64,000 nt of DNA. It comes from TPA_inf: Saccharomyces. Lineage: Eukaryota. Made by a program: the position numbers and the translations under genes. The first letter of the stretch is position 1. Every line of letters starts with the position of its first letter. The DNA lies in the NCBI GenBank assembly GCA_000146045.2, contig BK006941.2:320001-384000 (forward strand), written 5' to 3'. The notes under the pieces are model-generated. The model saw only the letters and a list, made by a program, of their open reading frames with translations. It was not told the origin of the DNA and did not search any database. This document shows, piece by piece, positions 57,609 to 64,000 of the stretch.

Positions 57609-59582
57609 ATGAGGTCAGGCGATGCAGAGATTAAAGGAATTAAGCCCAAAGTTATTGAGGAATATTCTTTATCTCAGGGAAGTGGTCCTTCCAACGATTC
57701 ATGGAAAAGTTTAATGTCGTCCGCGAAGGACACTCCTTTGCAGTATGATCACATGAATCGCGAAAGTCTAAAAAAATACTTCAATCCGAATGCACAACTC
57801 ATTGAAGATCCTTTGGATAAACCGATTCAGTATAGAGTGTGCGAAAAATGTGGGAAACCCTTAGCTTTGACAGCAATTGTAGACCACTTAGAAAACCATT
57901 GTGCGGGAGCATCTGGAAAAAGTAGCACAGATCCAAGAGATGAGAGTACTAGGGAAACGATACGAAATGGAGTAGAATCAACTGGGAGAAATAATAACGA
58001 CGATGACAATAGCAATGATAATAACAATGATGATGATGATGATGACGATAACGACGACAACGAAGATGATGATGACGCTGATGATGACGACGATAATTCC
58101 AATGGTGCCAATTACAAGAAGAATGACTCTTCTTTTAACCCTTTGAAAAGATCCACATCTATGGAATCTGCGAACACACCAAATATGGACACGAAAAGAT
58201 CGAAAACTGGGACTCCTCAAACCTTCAGCTCTTCCATAAAAAAACAAAAGAAAGTCAAACAAAGAAACCCAACTGAAAAGCATTTAATTGATTTCAACAA
58301 ACAGTGTGGTGTAGAGTTGCCGGAAGGTGGTTACTGTGCACGTTCGCTGACATGTAAGTCCCATTCAATGGGTGCAAAGAGGGCTGTCTCTGGTCGTTCC
58401 AAGCCCTACGACGTCTTGCTAGCAGATTATCATAGAGAACATCAAACAAAAATTGGTGCAGCTGCTGAGAAACGTGCTAAGCAACAAGAATTACAAAAAT
58501 TACAAAAGCAGATACAAAAAGAGCAGAAAAAACATACTCAGCAACAGAAACAAGGTCAAAGGTCTAAGCAAAGAAATGTGAATGGTGGGAAATCAGCCAA
58601 AAATGGTGGTAAGAGTACTGTACACAATGGTAACAATATCAATGAGATAGGACACGTTAACCTAACTCCTGAAGAGGAAACAACACAGGTTCTAAATGGG
58701 GTATCCCGATCTTTCCCACTGCCACTAGAGTCAACGGTACTATCGTCAGTTAGATACAGGACTAAATATTTTAGAATGAGGGAAATGTTTGCTTCCTCCT
58801 TTTCTGTGAAACCAGGATATACATCTCCAGGTTACGGTGCGATCCATTCTCGTGTAGGATGCTTGGATTTGGATAGAACAACAGATTACAAATTTCGTGT
58901 TAGGACTCCACAGCCAATTAATCACCTCACAAACCAAAACCTCAATCCGAAACAAATACAAAGACTACAACAACAGAGAGCTCTACAGGCTCAGCTTCTT
59001 TCTCAACAACAGCAACAGCAGCAACAGCAGCAGCAACATCACTCACCCCAAGCGCAGGCCCAGGCCAGTACCCAACAACCTACTCAAGGTATGGTGCCCA
59101 ATCATTTCCCCGGCGGGGCAACGAATTCATCATTTAATGCCAATGTGTCGAGCAAGCAAATTCAGCAGCAGCAGCAGCAGCAGCAGCACAAGTCTCAAGA
59201 CACAGGTCTCACGCCGCTGGAGATACAATCACAACAACAAAAACTACGACAACAACAACTACAACAACAGAAGTTTGAAGCTGCTGCTTCATATTTAGCC
59301 AACGCTACCAAATTAATGCAAGAATCAAATCAAGATAGCCATTTATCTGGCACCCACAACAATAATAGTAGTAAAAACGGTAACAATAACCTCATGACGA
59401 TGAAAGCCTCCATAAGCTCTCCCAATACTAGCGTAAATAGTATCCAATCTCCCCCTAGTGTCAACAGCGTCAATGGCTCCGGGCAAGGTGTATCTACCGG
59501 TATTAATGTCTCTGGCAATAACGGGAGAATTGAAGTAGGTATTGGAAATTCTGTGAACCCCTACAATGGCAGAATAAATTAA
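57609..59582 (+). CDS. SGF73: SAGA/SLIK deubiquitination-module subunit, ataxin-7 homolog, 657 aa
   Basis: 657-aa ORF with an N-terminal Sgf11-binding zinc finger ([21 protein letters not shown]), an acidic Asp/Asn tract, an SCA7 domain and polyglutamine runs. It matches YGL066W. Confidence 0.92.
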   Translation: MRSGDAEIKGIKPKVIEEYSLSQGSGPSNDSWKSLMSSAKDTPLQYDHMNRESLKKYFNPNAQLIEDPLDKPIQYRVCEKCGKPLALTAIVDHLENHCAGASGKSSTDPRDESTRETIRNGVESTGRNNNDDDNSNDNNNDDDDDDDNDDNEDDDDADDDDDNSNGANYKKNDSSFNPLKRSTSMESANTPNMDTKRSKTGTPQTFSSSIKKQKKVKQRNPTEKHLIDFNKQCGVELPEGGYCARSLTCKSHSMGAKRAVSGRSKPYDVLLADYHREHQTKIGAAAEKRAKQQELQKLQKQIQKEQKKHTQQQKQGQRSKQRNVNGGKSAKNGGKSTVHNGNNINEIGHVNLTPEEETTQVLNGVSRSFPLPLESTVLSSVRYRTKYFRMREMFASSFSVKPGYTSPGYGAIHSRVGCLDLDRTTDYKFRVRTPQPINHLTNQNLNPKQIQRLQQQRALQAQLLSQQQQQQQQQQQHHSPQAQAQASTQQPTQGMVPNHFPGGATNSSFNANVSSKQIQQQQQQQQHKSQDTGLTPLEIQSQQQKLRQQQLQQQKFEAAASYLANATKLMQESNQDSHLSGTHNNNSSKNGNNNLMTMKASISSPNTSVNSIQSPPSVNSVNGSGQGVSTGINVSGNNGRIEVGIGNSVNPYNGRIN

Positions 59583-59759
59583 TTGAATCATGCACGTTAT
59601 CCAGCATGTTCACGAAGTGAGTAATAAAAAATTATTCGCCGAAGTAACATGTACACGTCTATGTTTGTGGACAAGTTACGCTATTTGCATTTAGAGATTT
59701 CTTCTCCAATGTAAATTATTTTTTCTTCGGGGGGTATACATTATTTATTTAAGTAGACA

Positions 59760-61271
59760 TTATATTTCTTCATAAGGGTAGGAGAGAGCGAATACAAATG
59801 CCCAGTAAATTCCCCATAAGTAGTTCTTAAAATATAATACCATAAAAGTGGCCATAAATAGGAAGGGCCATGGATTATTGGGTAGAATTTTTATAAATGC
59901 CATATGCAAAATAAAATTAGAGAATGAAATACCGAATATTTCCCAAGGATAATACTTTTTTTCTTTCCATATGACTTTCTCGACGTTTTCTTCAAATGAC
60001 TGAGTCATTGCTTCCCTAGAAAAGTATTTCTTGACTCTTAGCGGGCCATTCCTCTCAAAGTTCACAGAACCGTTCTGCAAGATCTTTCTGCTTTCATCAA
60101 TTGCAGTAGCCCATTGAATAGGGACGGCAGGTTTTAGCCACCCAGTGGCAGAACTTTCATTTTCACCAGCAACGTAAGATTTGATAGTCTCCAAAGGACC
60201 TCCATTGTTTACTGCTAGTACAGGCTTACCTAATTTCATGGCTTCTAAAGGAACAATACCAAAGTGCTCATATGCTGGTGTATACAATAACATTTCGGTT
60301 CTTTCGAGCAGTAATTCTTTCAGAGATGATGAAATGGAAGTTAAAAATATAATTTTACTATTATTGGTTTTGAATGACTCTAAATCGGAGACGCGCTTTA
60401 TTTCTTGGTAGTATATGGTTGTATGGGATAATTCGTATTCATCGGCCAGAGACTGTAGTTCCTTCAAGTACTCCACATTTTCTGCAACCCTCTCGTCATA
60501 ACCACCGCAAATAACTAACTTAACGTTGTCATTGATTTGATCTTCAGATAACGCAAAAGCCTTTATAGCCAGCGCAACATCCTTTTTTTTCTCAAAACGA
60601 TTTATACTTAGGTAAAATCTATCGCCTTCGTTAAACACTGTTTTGAAAAATTTCTTGTCAATATCTTCAATTTCGATTGTTGATAAATCCACGCATGGAT
60701 AAATGACGTCTGGATCATTGGATAAATACTTGAACGTTTGGTGGAACGTATTCTTAGTGAAATTTGAATTTACCACAACAGTATCGGCAGCACTCACGGA
60801 AAACTGTTCTATTAAGTCAAATGGTAGTCTGTATATTTTCTTCAATAGCCCAGCTCTTTGAGCCAATAATTGGTCGGGGAAATGACAATAAAACATCAAA
60901 GTGGCAGAACTAAAGATATGCAGAAGCGGAATACATGTAGACAGTTGATCAATGATAATTAATTGGTACGCATTCACTTTTTTCTGTAGGATCAATTGAA
61001 TAACTAAATAAAGCTGTCTAATTGTTGCGAAAACAATAAAAAAACGACCCAAAAAGTTTGTCGGTAAAAAATCACCATAAACTTCGACTTTTAATTGGCC
61101 GTTTTTAACTTCTTCGAAACAATGTGATTTATCACAGTGACTAGTATAGATGATTACACTATGTCCTTGTTGCTGTAGACCTAATGCTGCATCGACGACT
61201 AACCTTTCAGCGCCCCCAATACCTAGGTCTGGATGAATAAAAGCAATCGTTCTTTTATCCTTTTCAATCAT
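59760..61271 (-). CDS. ALG2: Alpha-1,3/1,6-mannosyltransferase of N-glycan precursor synthesis (GT4), 503 aa
   Basis: 503-aa ORF beginning MIEKDKRTIAFIHPDLGIGGAERLVVDAALGLQQQGH. It has the GT4 EX7E-type C-terminal catalytic region and C-terminal hydrophobic segments. It matches YGL065C. Confidence 0.92.
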   Translation of the reverse strand: MIEKDKRTIAFIHPDLGIGGAERLVVDAALGLQQQGHSVIIYTSHCDKSHCFEEVKNGQLKVEVYGDFLPTNFLGRFFIVFATIRQLYLVIQLILQKKVNAYQLIIIDQLSTCIPLLHIFSSATLMFYCHFPDQLLAQRAGLLKKIYRLPFDLIEQFSVSAADTVVVNSNFTKNTFHQTFKYLSNDPDVIYPCVDLSTIEIEDIDKKFFKTVFNEGDRFYLSINRFEKKKDVALAIKAFALSEDQINDNVKLVICGGYDERVAENVEYLKELQSLADEYELSHTTIYYQEIKRVSDLESFKTNNSKIIFLTSISSSLKELLLERTEMLLYTPAYEHFGIVPLEAMKLGKPVLAVNNGGPLETIKSYVAGENESSATGWLKPAVPIQWATAIDESRKILQNGSVNFERNGPLRVKKYFSREAMTQSFEENVEKVIWKEKKYYPWEIFGISFSNFILHMAFIKILPNNPWPFLFMATFMVLYFKNYLWGIYWAFVFALSYPYEEI

Positions 61272-61522
61272 TTTTGCTTGTCTAATCGACTCTTTTTTAT
61301 CTGTCTTTACTACTGTATCTATTTCGTGACTTCTTAAATGGCGAACGTAATCTTTTGATGTTAAAATGAATACATCATTTATTTTGTTGTTCGCGCGTTC
61401 ATCTAGCCAGGCACTTGTTTATAAAAAAAGAAGCTATACGCAAGGCTCTCGATCTATAAATTGTATCTGTGATTGTGACCCTTTCGTATATATGTTATAA
61501 TATTTACAAGAATATACATTTA

Positions 61523-63208
61523 TCATGATAATCTCTGGTGCTTTTTGATGATCTTTGGAAGAGCTTTAGCCCAAGATTTTGTTTTACTGTCAGTTAGCAT
61601 AAATACGCGGCCGCCCTGTTTCATTCTAGCAGTTCTGCCCACTCGGTGTATCAGGTCTATTGACGTTTTGGGTACATCGTAGAGAACAACATTCCGTACA
61701 CCTTTGAAATTGAGCCCTCTTGCCATGAGGTCGGTGGTTACGAGTACATGCAAAGACTTGTTACTGGGTGCGGTACCATTAGAATTTGTGTTTTTCAATT
61801 TGCCGATGACGATGTTGGAATCAGGAATTTCAAATTTCTTCAAGGAAGTGGGAGGTGAAGTACTCTGAGCAACCACCTCCGAAAGTGGTCGCGGTGGTGA
61901 TAAAAAGGGCATAATTTTCTCGGATCTTTCTTCAAATGTATCTTCACCAGTTAAACCGATGGCATTATGACCGAATTTCTTATTCAATAGGTTAACAATT
62001 TCAGGAACATTCTTTTTTTCGTTAACAAAGATAATGCATCTTTTCTCGAACCCTGGTTCCGTGTCATCATTTGAAATAGCATATAAAGTTTGTGCCAATG
62101 CTTTGATCTTGGATCCCTTGAAAGGACTTAAGGCAGAATTTATAACTTTAAAGTCCAAAGCGAATGGTAACTTATGCAGTCTGGGTGTCATTATAGGAAC
62201 CACTGTAGGAAATAGTCTTTGCATTGTTTTATTAAACTCTTGAGGAATAGTAGCGGAACAGAAAATAAGGTGATTAATGTTAGGAATTCTCTTTATTGCG
62301 GAGTGCGTTTCTTCAAGCCATGACCTATCTAGAAGTGTGTCAGCTTCATCTAGTACTACGAAACCCACTTTGGACAAGACTTTATCAGGTCTAGTTATCA
62401 TTCTTATGGAGAACAGGTTCAGTAGTTTTCCCGGAGTAGTGACTAAAATATCTATTCTATTTTTAATGTTCTCTAATAAATCACGATATGATGTGGCCTT
62501 GTCCCACTTGAAAGAGTTTAAGCCTAACAAGGTTTTCGTCTTGGAAACAGTTTCGTATACTTGGTCAACCAATTCATGCGTAGGCACCAGTATGATGGAC
62601 CGAATCAGAACGTTTTTTCTTAATGTTTCCCATAATTCGGGAGTTTCCAACTCCTGTCTTTTCAAATAGTCTATTAAAGGTATCAAGTAGGCCATGGTCT
62701 TACCTGAACCTGTCTCAGCGGCAATCGCATGTATTTGTAACTTTGGATCCATTAAATTTTTGGATATTCTCTTAATGGCCACTGTTTGAATGGGACTCGG
62801 TATTATATTTTCACTGGTTTTTTTCCTACTATCTTGTAGCTTCAGGGACTCTTTGGAAATGATTTCTTTCACAGCGTCTCTGACAGGTGGAAGTATAAGC
62901 AATTGGTCGAAATTCGATATTTTTTGAATGAGTTTATTCGTACTGTCCATATTCATCTCGACGTCTTTTTTCAATCCACCATACTCTCCAAAGTTGAATG
63001 CTTGGTCAGGGTCATTCTTTTTGTTACCTTTTTTGCCTTTGGCCTTCTGTTTTCGGTTTTTATTACTACTGCCTGTAGGCACTGAAGCTAATGGAGAGTT
63101 TCCTTTATGCTTTGTTCTTGGGCCTCCCGCATAAGAACGCACTCCTATCTTGAGAAGCACGGGGAAAGACCACTGTGGTGAAATTACTGGCTTGAAAAAA
63201 AGCGACAT
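61523..63208 (-). CDS. MRH4: Mitochondrial DEAD-box RNA helicase, 561 aa
   Basis: 561-aa ORF with an N-terminal presequence and helicase motifs ([15 protein letters not shown]-like CSAT, HRVGRTAR). It matches YGL064C. Confidence 0.9.
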   Translation of the reverse strand: MSLFFKPVISPQWSFPVLLKIGVRSYAGGPRTKHKGNSPLASVPTGSSNKNRKQKAKGKKGNKKNDPDQAFNFGEYGGLKKDVEMNMDSTNKLIQKISNFDQLLILPPVRDAVKEIISKESLKLQDSRKKTSENIIPSPIQTVAIKRISKNLMDPKLQIHAIAAETGSGKTMAYLIPLIDYLKRQELETPELWETLRKNVLIRSIILVPTHELVDQVYETVSKTKTLLGLNSFKWDKATSYRDLLENIKNRIDILVTTPGKLLNLFSIRMITRPDKVLSKVGFVVLDEADTLLDRSWLEETHSAIKRIPNINHLIFCSATIPQEFNKTMQRLFPTVVPIMTPRLHKLPFALDFKVINSALSPFKGSKIKALAQTLYAISNDDTEPGFEKRCIIFVNEKKNVPEIVNLLNKKFGHNAIGLTGEDTFEERSEKIMPFLSPPRPLSEVVAQSTSPPTSLKKFEIPDSNIVIGKLKNTNSNGTAPSNKSLHVLVTTDLMARGLNFKGVRNVVLYDVPKTSIDLIHRVGRTARMKQGGRVFMLTDSKTKSWAKALPKIIKKHQRLS

Positions 63209-63653
63209 TTGTCTTATTATACTTTAATCTGATCTGAAGAAGTATTTCTACTCATCACTAATATCTATTCCGCTATTATTATAGTTGTAATTTATGATTC
63301 CGTGGTAAGTGATTTGAACTTTTGCTTCCTTTCGAAAATTTCAAGAATATGGTTTGGTTGTGCTGTGCAAGAGCGGTTGTATTGCGAAATAGAACCCATC
63401 GAGAAAAGAAAATGAAAAAGACGGCATTAAAGACTAGCTCTGTTTTAAGACAAATATTTACAGGCCAGAGAATAAAGAGATACTCGTATGTATGAATTGT
63501 AGCCCCTTACACACATATGTATATATATCGATGTGAACATAGCATTTATTAACAGTTCTGCTCAGTACAAATGGTAGTAGTACTAGTGATGAGGTTACTC
63601 CGACACCGTTAACAGCGGTAGTAAAGAGAAGGCCGAGTAAACATAAGGTCGTT

Positions 63654-64000
63654 ATGCTCTTAGGTTACTGTGGCAGCGGATACTATGGAATGCAATACAA
63701 CCCACCACACAAGACGATTGAAGGTGAGATTCTCACCAAGCTCTTCGACGTAGGAGCCATTTCCGAAGAAAATTCATTGGCACCGAAGAAAAATTCCTTT
63801 ATGGCAGCGGCAAGAACAGACAAGGGTGTACACGCTATGTTGAATCTACTGTCGCTAAAGATCACATTGCGAGAGGACACAGTAGCGAAGTTAAACGCCG
63901 CACTACCGCCCGAAATACGCGTGTGGGGTATCCAGCCTGTCAATAAAAAGTTTAATGCTAGATCCGCGTGCGATTCTCGATGGTACCAATACCTTATCCC
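63654..64000 (+). CDS. PUS2: tRNA/mRNA pseudouridine synthase (TruA/Pus1 family), N-terminal part only; the ORF runs off the window
   Basis: From ATG 63654 the open frame reads MLLGYCGSGYYGMQYNPPHKTIEGEILTKLFDVGAISEENSLAPKKNSFMAAARTDKGVHAMLNLLSLKI. This is the TruA catalytic-Asp motif region (RTDKGVH). The next upstream in-frame codon with a stop is at 63540 and no other ATG lies between. It is not in the ORF track because it has no stop inside the window. Confidence 0.75.
   Translation, partial: MLLGYCGSGYYGMQYNPPHKTIEGEILTKLFDVGAISEENSLAPKKNSFMAAARTDKGVHAMLNLLSLKITLREDTVAKLNAALPPEIRVWGIQPVNKKFNARSACDSRWYQYLI

Overview
This window is ordinary Saccharomyces cerevisiae nuclear DNA from the left arm of chromosome VII. 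Gene order and every ORF length match the block YGL097W (SRM1) through YGL063W (PUS2, cut by the window end). From memory this is roughly chrVII 320,001-384,000; I could not check that here. The content is 33 protein-coding genes, one tRNA-Glu(UUC) with two decayed Ty delta solo-LTRs upstream, the H/ACA snoRNA SNR10, and the intron-encoded C/D snoRNA snR39 inside RPL7A. MMS2 has an 11-nt first exon and RPL7A has two introns. The ORF track accepts TTG as a start codon and prints it as M, so several 5' ends were moved to the in-frame ATG (MF(ALPHA)2, GUP1, YGL081W, HSF1, NPY1). All named genes have exactly the expected length and the intergenic gaps are normal for yeast. I see no foreign insertion, no prokaryotic-style operon, no CRISPR array and no sign of an undescribed system. 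The findings are therefore modest: repeat tracts, splicing oddities, regulatory motifs and apparently gene-free stretches.
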